Source: a virus. From it: a stretch of 64,000 bases of DNA. Shown here in pieces: positions 8,574 through 18,078 of the stretch (the first letter of the stretch is position 1; every line of letters begins with the position of its first letter). The notes beneath the pieces were generated by a model. The model did not search any database and was not told the DNA's origin. It saw only the letters and a program-made list of their open reading frames with translations. Position numbers and translations under genes: made by a program. The stretch lies in the IMG/VR virus record IMGVR_UViG_3300045988_121909. One strand, given 5' to 3'.

Positions 8574-9683
8574 ATGAATAATTTTCTAGACAAACAGCCA
8601 ACTGAACTTGTTACTAAAGAGAGTATAATGCAAGATATTGAGAACAAGCATCTTGATTTAGCTAAGATACAGGATATGAGTAATAGTCTTAGCAAAGAGA
8701 CAGTTAGTGATTTTGGAGTAGCAGTGCAGAATAAGCTAGGTAGTGTTAGTTCAAGCTTGCTAGAGTCAGTTAAGAACAATGAAAGCGGAGAGATTGGTGA
8801 AGATTTAATCGAGCTAATAAGCGTGCTCGACAAGAATAACCCTGAAAAGATGTTCTCTGACAACAAAGGTTTCTTTAAGAAGTTGTTTGGCAAAGTTAAG
8901 AATAACATTGAGCTAAGAATCAGAGAGCATGAAAATGTGCAGAAACAAGTCAATATGATTAAGAATAGACTTGAAGACGGCATAAAAATCATCGATGCAG
9001 ATAATAAGCTCCTAGAAGAGCAGTATACAAACTCAATGAATTATATTCTTGAAGTAGATAATTTTATCAAAGCTGGTGAACTAAAGCTTATTGATAGCAG
9101 AGAAAATCTTAATGCTCTTCAGACTAAGGTTGATAGTAATCTAGACGATTATATGCTTCTTGAAGAGTATAATGACGAAAATAATTTTTACAATAGACTT
9201 GACAAAAGAGTATTTGACTTGAACGCTTCTAAAATGACAGTTATTCAGCAGCTACCTAAGATTAGAATAATTGCTGAAGCGAATAATATGCTTAAAGATA
9301 GAATCAGAAACGCTATTGATTTAGCTATTCCTGTATGGACTGATTTAATCACGAATCAGCTTGTTCTCTTAAGACAAGAAAAGCTACTAGAGCAGGTAAA
9401 TGACATCAACAATGCTGTAAATAAAGCTCTCGAAGATAATGCAAAACTATTCAAGGGTAATATTATAAAAGCAGTAAGAGAGAACGAGAAAGGCATTATT
9501 GATATTTCAAGAATCAAGACAGTGCATCTTGATACAGTAGAGGCATTAAAAGAAGCGCTTGCAATACAGGACGAATGTAGACGTGAAAGAGAAAGAGACA
9601 AAGAGCAACTTGCAGAGCTAGAAAAAGAGCTGCATAAAACTCTAGTGCTAGAAGAAAAAGATAGAAAACTAACAACCGGTTAG
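8574..9683 (+). CDS. coiled-coil protein, possibly TelA/YaaN (toxic-anion-resistance) family
   Basis: 369 aa, largely helical and coiled-coil; the N-terminal region resembles the TelA family. Weak inference. Confidence 0.35.
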   Translation: MNNFLDKQPTELVTKESIMQDIENKHLDLAKIQDMSNSLSKETVSDFGVAVQNKLGSVSSSLLESVKNNESGEIGEDLIELISVLDKNNPEKMFSDNKGFFKKLFGKVKNNIELRIREHENVQKQVNMIKNRLEDGIKIIDADNKLLEEQYTNSMNYILEVDNFIKAGELKLIDSRENLNALQTKVDSNLDDYMLLEEYNDENNFYNRLDKRVFDLNASKMTVIQQLPKIRIIAEANNMLKDRIRNAIDLAIPVWTDLITNQLVLLRQEKLLEQVNDINNAVNKALEDNAKLFKGNIIKAVRENEKGIIDISRIKTVHLDTVEALKEALAIQDECRRERERDKEQLAELEKELHKTLVLEEKDRKLTTG

Positions 9684-9685
9684 AT

Positions 9686-9715
9686 GTTTACATTTTATCT
9701 AGATTGTGATATAAT
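9686..9715 (+). promoter_or_regulatory. promoter GTTTACA-N17-TATAAT driving tRNA cluster 2
   Basis: gtttacattttatctagattgtgatataat immediately upstream of tRNA-His. Confidence 0.55.
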
Positions 9716-9731
9716 ATAATTTATATCATAT

Positions 9732-9807
9732 GGTGAGTATGGTGTAATGGCAGCACGACAGATTGTGACTCTGTAGGAACTGAGTTCAATTCTCATTATT
9801 CACCCCA
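9732..9807 (+). tRNA. tRNA-His(GTG)
   Basis: G-1 present; acceptor gtgagta/tattcac; anticodon arm acaga ttGTGac tctgt; CCA. Confidence 0.8.
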
Positions 9808-9813
9808 AATTAT

Positions 9814-9889
9814 GCTCGCTTAGTTCAGCTGGGAGAACAATTCCCTTACAAGGAAGAGGTCGTAGGTTCAAGTCCTACAGCGAGTACCA
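9814..9889 (+). tRNA. tRNA-Val(TAC)
   Basis: Acceptor gctcgct/agcgagt; D-stem gttc/gaac; anticodon loop ctTACaa; T-arm gtaggttcaagtcctac; CCA. Confidence 0.8.
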
Positions 9890-10330
9890 AACGCTACTAC
9901 CACTGTGTAGCTAGCGCCCACCAGACGACTTACTCAGTTGACTGGTTTTTAAAGGTCGATTTTGTCTAAGACCTTAGAATAGCAAGCATAGAATAGGATG
10001 CTGTAGGCACTAAGAGTTGTCTACGATATCAAGATAGAGTGGAAATCTCTCTTGTAGTCAGGTTTGAACTATAAGTAGTTTAAAGTAGAAGCGTTGACGA
10101 CAAATATAGCACGCTCCCTTGCTATTCTAAAATTTTATGAAACATTGAGCGAGAAAACTCGGTTTTTCAAAGTCAAGATGAACGCTCTTAGGCATTAAGT
10201 AGGGATGGAATAGCCCAAACTCAACGCCTGTGGATATCGTGTAAGACGTCCAACCCACATGAAACCATGTAGGCTAGATGCAGTGGTAGTTGAAGCAGGA
10301 AGCTCGGTAATTTATTACCGAGTAGTTCAC

Positions 10331-10406
10331 GTTTCGATAACTCATTTGGTAGAGTGCTGGTGTGAAGTACCAGAGGTGATAGGTTCGAGTCCTATTCGGG
10401 ACACCA
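10331..10406 (+). tRNA. tRNA-Phe(GAA)
   Basis: Anticodon arm ctggt gtGAAgt accag; T-arm ataggttcgagtcctat; CCA. Confidence 0.75.
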
Positions 10407-10411
10407 TTTAT

Positions 10412-10501
10412 GGAGAGTTGATAGAGTCCGGTTTATTATGATTGCCTTGAAAGCAATTGAGTGTAAAAGCTCCGTGAGTTCGAATCTCACACTCTCCTCC
10501 A
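10412..10501 (+). tRNA. tRNA-Ser(TGA), type II
   Basis: Acceptor ggagagt/actctcc; anticodon arm attgc ctTGAaa gcaat; long variable arm; T-arm gtgagttcgaatctcac; CCA. Confidence 0.8.
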
Positions 10502-10659
10502 TATCTAAAGAGGTTTTAAATGACAGAATATTTAAAAGCATTTCTTGCATTTATGCTAATGCTACTAATTACAGTTAGTGTAGTTTTATCCTTAACATTT
10601 ATAATAAAATTATTAGTAGTACTAGCTATAGTATTAATAATCATTGGCAGTATGAATAA

Positions 10660-10744
10660 GTGCTCGTGACGGAAGTGGCAGACGTAGCGGACTTAAAATC
10701 CGCTGAAGCAATTCGTGCAGGTTCAAGTCCTGTCGGGCGCACCA
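10660..10744 (+). tRNA. tRNA-Leu(TAA), type II
   Basis: Anticodon arm gcgga ctTAAaa tccgc; long variable arm; T-arm gcaggttcaagtcctgt; CCA. Confidence 0.75.
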
Positions 10745-10748
10745 AATA

Positions 10749-10783
10749 GATTGACGTAAATTTATTTTTACGTCTTTTTTTTT
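10749..10783 (+). terminator. rho-independent terminator
   Basis: Hairpin gacgtaaa-tttatt-tttacgtc followed by a T9 run. Confidence 0.65.
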
Positions 10784-10785
10784 AT

Positions 10786-10815
10786 GTTTACACGTGCGTG
10801 GTTTTTTGATATTAT
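10786..10815 (+). promoter_or_regulatory. promoter GTTTACA-N17-TATTAT
   Basis: gtttacacgtgcgtggttttttgatattat. Confidence 0.5.
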
Positions 10816-10854
10816 ACTTATATAAATTAAATCAAGCGTAAAACAGAGGTAATT

Positions 10855-11802
10855 ATGTTAGATAAAAAGTATAGAAAGAAACAAGTAAAAAACTGCACGA
10901 TTAAAGCTCGTATGTTTGATATGTTTGCGCCAGTCGAAGATGTCTGGTTTGAAGAAGTAGCTACTAACTGTAACAAGAATATTGCTATGCAGAGTCTTAA
11001 GAAAACACTCAAGCAAAAAGAAGTTACAGGAGAGTTGTATAATAAGATTATGAGTAAAGTTGCTTATATCTTAGACAATAACAAGAAAGACAGAATTTAT
11101 GAATTTGTCAATATTTTCTGCCCAGAAACTGGTTGCACATACGTTGTAGATGTAGAGCAGACATGCAAGAGACTTAGAAAAGCTACATCACTCGATAAGC
11201 GACGTAATGAAAGAGGTGAATATATTTATGATAAGCGCAGAAAGCAGCAACTGAAAGTCATACTGAAAGATTTTTTCGGCGATTTATTTGAAGTTGACTA
11301 CGACGTGCTTTCTCAGCTTTTAGACGAAGAGATTCATCTAGCGATAAATGCAGGTACATTTGATTTCGACAACTCTGTATTTAACATAAATGAAGATGTA
11401 AGCGTGAAAGTTAATTTAAAAAAGACAATTGCTATTGGCAAGTACATCGTTGAAGTCGATAGCATTACATATAAAGGTAAGAAAATTGATAATGATTTTG
11501 CTGATTACTTTCGATTTATCTCTGTAGTGAATGAAGATGTGTATGACTTAATAAATAACAGAGATAATTTTTTCTTTAGCGATGAGCGTGAGTTATTAGA
11601 AGCTATCGCAGATGTCGTAGAAAAGATAGACAGTAAATATGAAGATTGTAGTCTTGTAAAAATTATTGACCTTTGTGTAGAATGCGCATTGGAAAATGAC
11701 TATGAGCCTCCAGAAGAATTAATCGCTATAATAAGAGATAATTTAAAGATATATAACGCAGCTACTACCGGCTTGTTAGTACGTCGCAGTCTAAGATATT
11801 AA
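10855..11802 (+). CDS. hypothetical protein, GEN-I-x(2)-KR paralog family member 1
   Basis: Shares the ...NERGEYIYDKRRKQ... motif with ORFs at 12732, 16555, 37625 and 38899. Confidence 0.55.
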   Translation: MLDKKYRKKQVKNCTIKARMFDMFAPVEDVWFEEVATNCNKNIAMQSLKKTLKQKEVTGELYNKIMSKVAYILDNNKKDRIYEFVNIFCPETGCTYVVDVEQTCKRLRKATSLDKRRNERGEYIYDKRRKQQLKVILKDFFGDLFEVDYDVLSQLLDEEIHLAINAGTFDFDNSVFNINEDVSVKVNLKKTIAIGKYIVEVDSITYKGKKIDNDFADYFRFISVVNEDVYDLINNRDNFFFSDERELLEAIADVVEKIDSKYEDCSLVKIIDLCVECALENDYEPPEELIAIIRDNLKIYNAATTGLLVRRSLRY

Positions 11803-12019
11803 GGAGATAAATATGGAACTCATAGCTACATTAGCTTTATTGTTAGTTATACTTATAATCGCGTTTGTCTTTAAATTTTGTTTAATACTTTTACTCATTG
11901 TAGCTCCTTTATACCTTTTATATAAAAATACTTTAAAGATGTAAGCAATTACATCTTTTTTTTTGTTTACATTTACTCTTGTGTATGTTATTATTAATTA
12001 TATAAAGGAGATAAATATT

Positions 12020-12739
12020 ATGAACGTATTGAAAAGAGAATTTTGTGTACAGATAATTAAATACGACTCACGCTATACGCCAGAAGTTGTATTCTATAAG
12101 AGCGGTAATAAAAATGCTGTAATACAAGCTGTAAAGCAGTTTATGAATACTTTAATTCCATACAACAGAAAGAAAGTTCTAGACACACTTACAAACACTA
12201 CGACAACTACGATTAAAACAATTAATGTTGCTAGATTTAAAACAGATGATGACACATACGGTTGGTATGTAATCAACGCAACTTACAGTATAATGTCGGT
12301 TGAAAAGCCACAGTTCAATGAGCAAGGTGAAGATGTTGAAGAGAAGAGAAAGAATCAAGTTCTTGCGCAGAAAAATTCATTAACAAGACTACGTAATGAA
12401 GTAGACTTTTACTCAACAATCATTACAGAGCTATTGAGAAAAGATATAATTCATAAAATTGTATCAGGCATTAGAATTAATGGGCAGAATAGAATTGTTA
12501 CTCCTTCATATGTCTTTGTTGAAAAAGCAGGAATTAGCTTTATGTTTAGTGTAATGTCAAAAAACGACAATATTGACACATTCTTAGAAAAAGTTGTTGA
12601 TACAGAAAACGATAACGATTTTAGATGTACTTGCTACAAAAAGAGCTTCAAAGAGCTTTCAAAACTAATGCACGACTTAGAAGATATAAGTAAGAGAGTT
12701 AGAATCGCAGTAGAAAAGGAGAGTGTAAATAATGCGTAA
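12020..12739 (+). CDS. hypothetical protein (239 aa)
   Basis: ATG at 12020 preceded by aaggag. The longer upstream ORF extension runs through the promoter. Confidence 0.5.
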   Translation: MNVLKREFCVQIIKYDSRYTPEVVFYKSGNKNAVIQAVKQFMNTLIPYNRKKVLDTLTNTTTTTIKTINVARFKTDDDTYGWYVINATYSIMSVEKPQFNEQGEDVEEKRKNQVLAQKNSLTRLRNEVDFYSTIITELLRKDIIHKIVSGIRINGQNRIVTPSYVFVEKAGISFMFSVMSKNDNIDTFLEKVVDTENDNDFRCTCYKKSFKELSKLMHDLEDISKRVRIAVEKESVNNA

Positions 12740-13604
12740 AGGTTACTGGAAGAAGAGAGTAAAAGACTACACGATTGATTTGCAGACTGTCAGAATATCA
12801 ACTAATGAACGTAGCATTGAAAATATTGTTAAATACAAGAATAGAAATACTGCAATGAAGAGCCTAAAGCAAGCTCTTAAGGCAAAAGGTGTAACAAGAC
12901 CTGTATTACCAGAGATAATGCGCGAGGTTACGCAAGCTCTCAACGACGTAAATGATGAAAAATATGAGAGCATCATACATTTTTTTGAAGATATGATGTT
13001 TATTATAAATATCCAGCAGATATGCACTAGACTTAAAAAAGAAGCATATGAGTTTAGCGTGAATGAAAAAGGTGAGAATATCTACCAAAAGAGACGTAAG
13101 CAGACACAAGCTACGCTTTATAGATTCTTTAGAAACTTATTCCATAGACAATATGAACGTCGTCTTATAGAACTAATTCAACCTCAGCTTGAAGAGTTAC
13201 TTCGTAAAGAAGTAAGCTTTTATATGTATAACAATGTATTTGTAATAGATGTCCCATACAGTGAGCAATGTATTAAGTTAAATGATGATATTGAAATTTA
13301 CTTTAACTTCGATGAATTACTTGATACTGAAAATAATTGTGTTGAAGTAACATTTAGTCACATTAAATTTGGTAAAGAAGTAGTATACGCAAGAAGTATG
13401 GGCAAAGAAATAGAAAAGATTCTGCATGCAGCAGAAGAGTATAAACCGGCGAATGCTGGTCTTTATGTTCATAGATGTGTTGAAGAAGCAATCTATAATA
13501 ATTTTACACCTACTAAAGAGGAAATAGCTATAGCTGAAAGAAACGGCAAAGTACTTAGAGAAGTACTGAGAGTATCAAAGGAGTTGAAGCAATGTGCAGT
13601 GTAA
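12732..13604 (+). CDS. hypothetical protein, GEN-I-x(2)-KR paralog family member 2
   Basis: Contains the ...NEKGENIYQKRRKQ... motif. Confidence 0.55.
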   Translation: MRKGYWKKRVKDYTIDLQTVRISTNERSIENIVKYKNRNTAMKSLKQALKAKGVTRPVLPEIMREVTQALNDVNDEKYESIIHFFEDMMFIINIQQICTRLKKEAYEFSVNEKGENIYQKRRKQTQATLYRFFRNLFHRQYERRLIELIQPQLEELLRKEVSFYMYNNVFVIDVPYSEQCIKLNDDIEIYFNFDELLDTENNCVEVTFSHIKFGKEVVYARSMGKEIEKILHAAEEYKPANAGLYVHRCVEEAIYNNFTPTKEEIAIAERNGKVLREVLRVSKELKQCAV

Positions 13605-14233
13605 TAGTTGGTAACATCGTCATTAGTGTTTTAATAATTTTACTGTATTTGGTGCAATATGCAATCGTACAAAGCTGTGTTGATATATCTGATACTGACG
13701 ATTATTTAATGTACGCATTTTCAGTATTCTTGATTAAAGTAGCAATTATACTAAGCATTGCTTTGAGTTTTGGTATATACGACGATTTAAGCGACAAAGA
13801 TGGACTACTACTGAAATATATCCAATTTATTATAATCTCAGTGTATGTGTTATCGTTTGTTGTTTTCCATATATACGTATATAGATTTAAGAAAGATTGC
13901 AAACTATGCCAAAAAATTAAAGCATATTTTGATATTGATTTAAAAGAATTAGTTAATGATTTTGTTAATCTTGATAGATGCAATAATAAAGTTGCAAGAG
14001 AGGAATTAAAACGCTTGCGTAAGCTATTTAAAATGTCAAAGTATTTTGACACTGACGAAGCTAAACAAGAATTTTTAAATGAAATAGTAGAAAAAGAAAT
14101 TGATAAGTTCATTCATCAAATAGACGAACGAAGCGCTGAAATACATAAAGAGAATGAAGAGAAACATAATCAAACTCTTATTAAAGATAAAGAGTTACTA
14201 AAGCAATTTAAAAAGATATACAATGAAGATTAA
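13592..14233 (+). CDS. membrane protein (213 aa)
   Basis: Three N-terminal hydrophobic helices and a charged C-terminus. Confidence 0.5.
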   Translation: MCSVIVGNIVISVLIILLYLVQYAIVQSCVDISDTDDYLMYAFSVFLIKVAIILSIALSFGIYDDLSDKDGLLLKYIQFIIISVYVLSFVVFHIYVYRFKKDCKLCQKIKAYFDIDLKELVNDFVNLDRCNNKVAREELKRLRKLFKMSKYFDTDEAKQEFLNEIVEKEIDKFIHQIDERSAEIHKENEEKHNQTLIKDKELLKQFKKIYNED

Positions 14234-14235
14234 AA

Positions 14236-14262
14236 TCAAGCATTACGCTTGATTTTTTTTTA
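14236..14262 (+). terminator. rho-independent terminator
   Basis: Hairpin atcaagc-atta-cgcttgat followed by a T9 run. Confidence 0.65.
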
Positions 14263-14263
14263 T

Positions 14264-14293
14264 GTTTACATCATTCTGAATAAGTGATATAAT
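14264..14293 (+). promoter_or_regulatory. promoter GTTTACA-N17-TATAAT upstream of rtcB
   Basis: gtttacatcattctgaataagtgatataat. Confidence 0.55.
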
Positions 14294-14326
14294 AAATATA
14301 TCAACTACTTAAGGAGAAGTTCATTT

Positions 14327-15520
14327 ATGTTCGAATTAAACGGAAAGTATGGTACAGCAAAAATATTTACAGACAACTGCGAAGTAGAAGCGCAGACACA
14401 GATAGTTAATCTTCTAAATCAGCCTTTTGCTAAAGATAGTAATGCTCGCTTTATGCCCGATGTTCACGCAGGTAAAGGTTGTACTGTGGGTACTACTATG
14501 AAAATCGTAGATAGAGCTTGTCCTAATCTTGTAGGTGTAGACATTGGCTGCGGTGTAGAAGTTTATAAGTTTAAGGCAGATGAAATAGATTTCGCTAAGC
14601 TAGATGAAATGCTACAAGCAAATACAAAAGTACCTTATGGTTTTAGTAAGAGAAATACTGCTCATAGATTTGCAAATGACGCAAGACTAAAAGAGTTAAA
14701 ATGTTTTGATACTATTGACTATAATGGCGCTATGCTATCTCTAGGTTCTTTAGGCGGTGGTAATCACTTTATCGAAATAAATGTTGATGAAGAGGGTTAT
14801 AACTACTTAGTTGTACACTCGGGTTCAAGACATCTTGGCATAGAGATTTGTAAGTACTACCAAGATATCGCTGAAAAGAATGAAAACAATGTAGATGTAA
14901 ATGCAGTTATTGAAGATTTAAAGAGAGCTGATAGACAGAGCGAAATACAAAACGAAATAAAGAGAATAAAAGAAGAATATCCAATCATACCTAAAGATTT
15001 AAGATGTGTTATGGGTACAGACTTAGAAGATTATCTACATGATATGAATATAGCTACTGAGTACGCTTCTTTATCAAGACAAGCTATAGCTGATGAGATT
15101 ATCTCATATATGAATTGGGATATACTAGAGCATTTCTGCTCTATTCATAATTACATTGACGTAGAAAATAAGATTATTCGTAAAGGTGCAATCTCTGCTC
15201 AAAAGGGTGAGAGAATAATCATCCCTATCTCTATGAAAGATGGTTCAATTATTGGTATCGGTAAAGGTAATTCTGACTGGAACTGCTCTGCTCCTCACGG
15301 CGCAGGTAGAGTTCTTTCTAGAAGTGCTGCTAAAGCTACTCTAACTGTAGAAGAGTTTGAAAAATCTATGGAAGGTATTTATACATCTTGCGTTGGTAGA
15401 AGTACTCTTGATGAATCTCCTATGGCATATAAGCCTCTTGATGAGATTAAGGCTGCAATCGCTGATACAGTAGATATTGAGCGTATAATTAAGCCAATTT
15501 ATAATTTTAAAGCTAATTAA
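14327..15520 (+). CDS. rtcB: RtcB-family RNA 3'-phosphate/5'-OH ligase
   Basis: Diagnostic RtcB motifs MPDVHAGKG, GGGNHFIEI, HSGSRHLG and APHGAGR. Length 397 aa; RBS aaggagaag. Confidence 0.85.
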   Translation: MFELNGKYGTAKIFTDNCEVEAQTQIVNLLNQPFAKDSNARFMPDVHAGKGCTVGTTMKIVDRACPNLVGVDIGCGVEVYKFKADEIDFAKLDEMLQANTKVPYGFSKRNTAHRFANDARLKELKCFDTIDYNGAMLSLGSLGGGNHFIEINVDEEGYNYLVVHSGSRHLGIEICKYYQDIAEKNENNVDVNAVIEDLKRADRQSEIQNEIKRIKEEYPIIPKDLRCVMGTDLEDYLHDMNIATEYASLSRQAIADEIISYMNWDILEHFCSIHNYIDVENKIIRKGAISAQKGERIIIPISMKDGSIIGIGKGNSDWNCSAPHGAGRVLSRSAAKATLTVEEFEKSMEGIYTSCVGRSTLDESPMAYKPLDEIKAAIADTVDIERIIKPIYNFKAN

Positions 15521-15533
15521 GGTGAGGTAAAGT

Positions 15534-16049
15534 ATGACAGATGAAATAAAAGATTTACTAATAAATTGTAAAGCGGATTGCGAAAGAGCAGATGATAGAG
15601 CACAAAACGCTATATCAAGTCTTGACGCGTTTGAAACTGAGTATGCAGACTTGCTAAGAGAAAGAACTAGACTTGAGCTAGATGCTGTAAACGCAGTACG
15701 TTTTCGCGATAAGCTGTATGATGATGTCGAGTTTCAGTTATTCAAAAGAATAAAAGCACGTAATGCAGACATACAGAAGTTTATAACAGCTCAGTGGGGA
15801 TGTGATATAAAAGCATTGATTGAGTTATTCAGTGCGATGCATGAAGCTGAATTATTTGGCTTTATGCGAATTGGTAGTACTTTTGGTGGTATTGAAGTTT
15901 GCTCAAACGACAACTTTAATATACGTTGCATTGAAGGAATAGACAGAATTAATTACGTAATCGACACGAAAAATGCACAAATAGCACTTTATACAGAAAA
16001 AGACACGAAAAAGTTAATAGATATTGATTTTATTGATTTAAGATATTAA
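15534..16049 (+). CDS. hypothetical protein (171 aa)
   Basis: ORF with RBS (aaggtgagg). Confidence 0.5.
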   Translation: MTDEIKDLLINCKADCERADDRAQNAISSLDAFETEYADLLRERTRLELDAVNAVRFRDKLYDDVEFQLFKRIKARNADIQKFITAQWGCDIKALIELFSAMHEAELFGFMRIGSTFGGIEVCSNDNFNIRCIEGIDRINYVIDTKNAQIALYTEKDTKKLIDIDFIDLRY

Positions 16050-16061
16050 GAAGGTAAGCAA

Positions 16062-16379
16062 ATGAATAACGACATCAAATTCTTCTATAAGTTTATGCAA
16101 GACGTAGCATTTACTAAAGCCTTTGACATTTATGCGTTTGAATGTTTTATCGATATTCTTGATAGAGTTAAACTAGATGAATTAAACATTGGTGATACTC
16201 TATCTGAACGTCTTGTTGAATGTTCTTGCTATGCTTACTCTGTAAAGTATTATGCATTCGATGAAGAAAATATTCTATGTCAGATTAGAGACGATATATC
16301 TAGTAGTACATTGAGCATTTTCATAGATAAAGATAGAAAGATTTTTCATATATCTTTAGACTCAATTTTATTACAATAA
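16062..16379 (+). CDS. hypothetical protein (105 aa)
   Basis: ORF with RBS (gaaggtaag). Confidence 0.5.
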   Translation: MNNDIKFFYKFMQDVAFTKAFDIYAFECFIDILDRVKLDELNIGDTLSERLVECSCYAYSVKYYAFDEENILCQIRDDISSSTLSIFIDKDRKIFHISLDSILLQ

Positions 16380-16455
16380 GGCGGCATAGTCCAGTGGCTC
16401 AAGACGGCAGACTGCAAATCTGCTTATCTCAGTTCGATTCTGAGTGCCGTCTCCA
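16380..16455 (+). tRNA. tRNA-Cys(GCA)
   Basis: Acceptor ggcggca/tgccgtc; anticodon arm gcaga ctGCAaa tctgc; T-arm ctcagttcgattctgag; CCA. Confidence 0.8.
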
Positions 16456-16459
16456 TTGT

Positions 16460-16536
16460 AGGGGTATGTTCTAATGGCTTATGATGTCGGTCTCCAAAAC
16501 CGTACGATGTGGGTTCGAGTCCTACTACTCCTGCCA
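16460..16536 (+). tRNA. tRNA-Trp(CCA)
   Basis: Acceptor aggggta/tactcct; anticodon loop ctCCAaa; T-arm gtgggttcgagtcctac; CCA. Confidence 0.7.
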
Positions 16537-16554
16537 ATTTTGAAAGGAAGTAAA

Positions 16555-17346
16555 ATGGAATTCAATTACAAGAAGAAAAGATTTAAGCAGTTTGACGTTA
16601 AGATTGAAATGTTTGAATGTGTTACTCAAGATTATAGTGAAACTCCAATTTTTACAATATCTTTTTACGCTGAAAATAGAAATATCTTGATGAAAGAATT
16701 AAAGAAATTTTTGAAAGAGCGTAATATAGATAATACTGCAAATATATTGTGCGTTCTGAATCGTGCTTCAACAGTATATACACATACACATTACAGACAA
16801 GTCGATAATACAGCTCATTTTATTTCAGGCAACTCGCTTTATAGAGTCACATTCAAATGTATTACATCAAGAGTAAGTTGTATGCCACCTAAAGATAGAG
16901 TAAACAATAAGGGCGAAAATATTCTTGAAAAGAGACTACGTCAAGCTTATGGAGATTTGCTGCTTTATAGATATAGCAAAGCGAGAGAGGTAGCAAATAA
17001 TTCTAGTATTGTAGTTGCAGCACGTAATCATTTAAAAGAAGAACTGCTTAAAAATACTGCAGTCGAGCCATTTAAAGATACAGCATTGCGTATAGACTTT
17101 AATCGCGCTAAAAAGATTACTATTGAGCTTTCAAAGTTTGTGCGTCTAGATTTTAAAGCTGAGTATAAATTCGATAAGACAGCGTTAGACGTTAAATTTA
17201 AGGTATTAAATATTATATATTATGGTAATGCTATACAAGAATTACCTCCTATTAACGATAGTATAGACGAAGAAATAGTTGAGCGTGCAGAAGAGACTGC
17301 TAAGATTTATGAAGAAATTATTTCTCTTTTGAAAAAGAATGCTTAA
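16555..17346 (+). CDS. hypothetical protein, GEN-I-x(2)-KR paralog family member 3
   Basis: ATG at 16555 after aaaggaagt; contains NKGENILEKRLRQ. The longer ORF call overlaps tRNA-Trp. Confidence 0.55.
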   Translation: MEFNYKKKRFKQFDVKIEMFECVTQDYSETPIFTISFYAENRNILMKELKKFLKERNIDNTANILCVLNRASTVYTHTHYRQVDNTAHFISGNSLYRVTFKCITSRVSCMPPKDRVNNKGENILEKRLRQAYGDLLLYRYSKAREVANNSSIVVAARNHLKEELLKNTAVEPFKDTALRIDFNRAKKITIELSKFVRLDFKAEYKFDKTALDVKFKVLNIIYYGNAIQELPPINDSIDEEIVERAEETAKIYEEIISLLKKNA

Positions 17347-17358
17347 AAGGTACTATAA

Positions 17359-17895
17359 ATGAAAAATATTTTAATTCTTGTTGATATGCAGAATGGTTTT
17401 ACTGAGCATCAACGAACAAATGATTTAACAAAAAAGATTGAGAGCATACTTTGTTTATTTGATGAAGTTATAGCAACTCAATATATAAACTATGACAATA
17501 GCGTTTACGAAAATCTAATGCGTTGGTGTCAGTTAAAAAGTAACGACGAGATTGCGATTAGATCTGAACTACAGCCATATATAACTGAAGTTTTTCCTAA
17601 GAGTCTTTATACTTGCATTTCACCAAACTTTATTCAGAGACTTTGTCAGTTAAATGACGGTTTATACCCAACAAAGATTTTTATTGCTGGAGTTGATACA
17701 GACTGTTGTGTGCTAAAGATAGCAACTGATTTGTTTGAGAGTAATATTAGACCTGTTGTACTTACAGAGTACTGTTACTCTAATGGTGGAGAAGAATCTC
17801 ATAAATCTGGCATTTTATGCATGAAAAGACTACTTGGAGATAAACAGCTAGTAGATGCTATTCTTACTACAAATTCAGATATTAATTTGTTGTAA
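17359..17895 (+). CDS. isochorismatase-family cysteine hydrolase (nicotinamidase/PncA-like)
   Basis: ILVDMQNGF N-terminal motif and IAGVDTDCCV catalytic-cysteine region, typical of isochorismatase-fold hydrolases. Confidence 0.55.
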   Translation: MKNILILVDMQNGFTEHQRTNDLTKKIESILCLFDEVIATQYINYDNSVYENLMRWCQLKSNDEIAIRSELQPYITEVFPKSLYTCISPNFIQRLCQLNDGLYPTKIFIAGVDTDCCVLKIATDLFESNIRPVVLTEYCYSNGGEESHKSGILCMKRLLGDKQLVDAILTTNSDINLL

Positions 17896-17901
17896 AAAGA
17901 T

Positions 17902-17931
17902 GTTTACAAATAGGTTGTAATATGTTATAAT
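17902..17931 (+). promoter_or_regulatory. promoter GTTTACA-N17-TATAAT with ~140-nt structured leader before the HE gene
   Basis: gtttacaaataggttgtaatatgttataat. The leader contains a 9-bp inverted repeat, agcgcttaa...ttaagcgct. Confidence 0.5.
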
Positions 17932-18078
17932 TTATTTAAATTTATCGAAAGTGATTAATTCGATGAATTCCCAGCGCTTAATCAATAGGAAGTCAGCTAG
18001 TGTAATCAACTTCGCTGCACTGAGGACAGGCAGAAACCTCTAAGCGCTAACTTATCAAGGTAAAGGATAATAAATTTA

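Noticed and set aside
10259-10441. 60-aa ORF
   Set aside because: It overlaps tRNA-Phe and tRNA-Ser.
11963-12019. Longer N-terminal extension of ORF 11963-12739, and similarly of 16474, 22704, 25744, 27749, 28912, 42476, 53022, 55764 and 61689
   Set aside because: The extensions run through promoter or terminator sequence or overlap upstream genes and tRNAs. An internal ATG with a good RBS was preferred.
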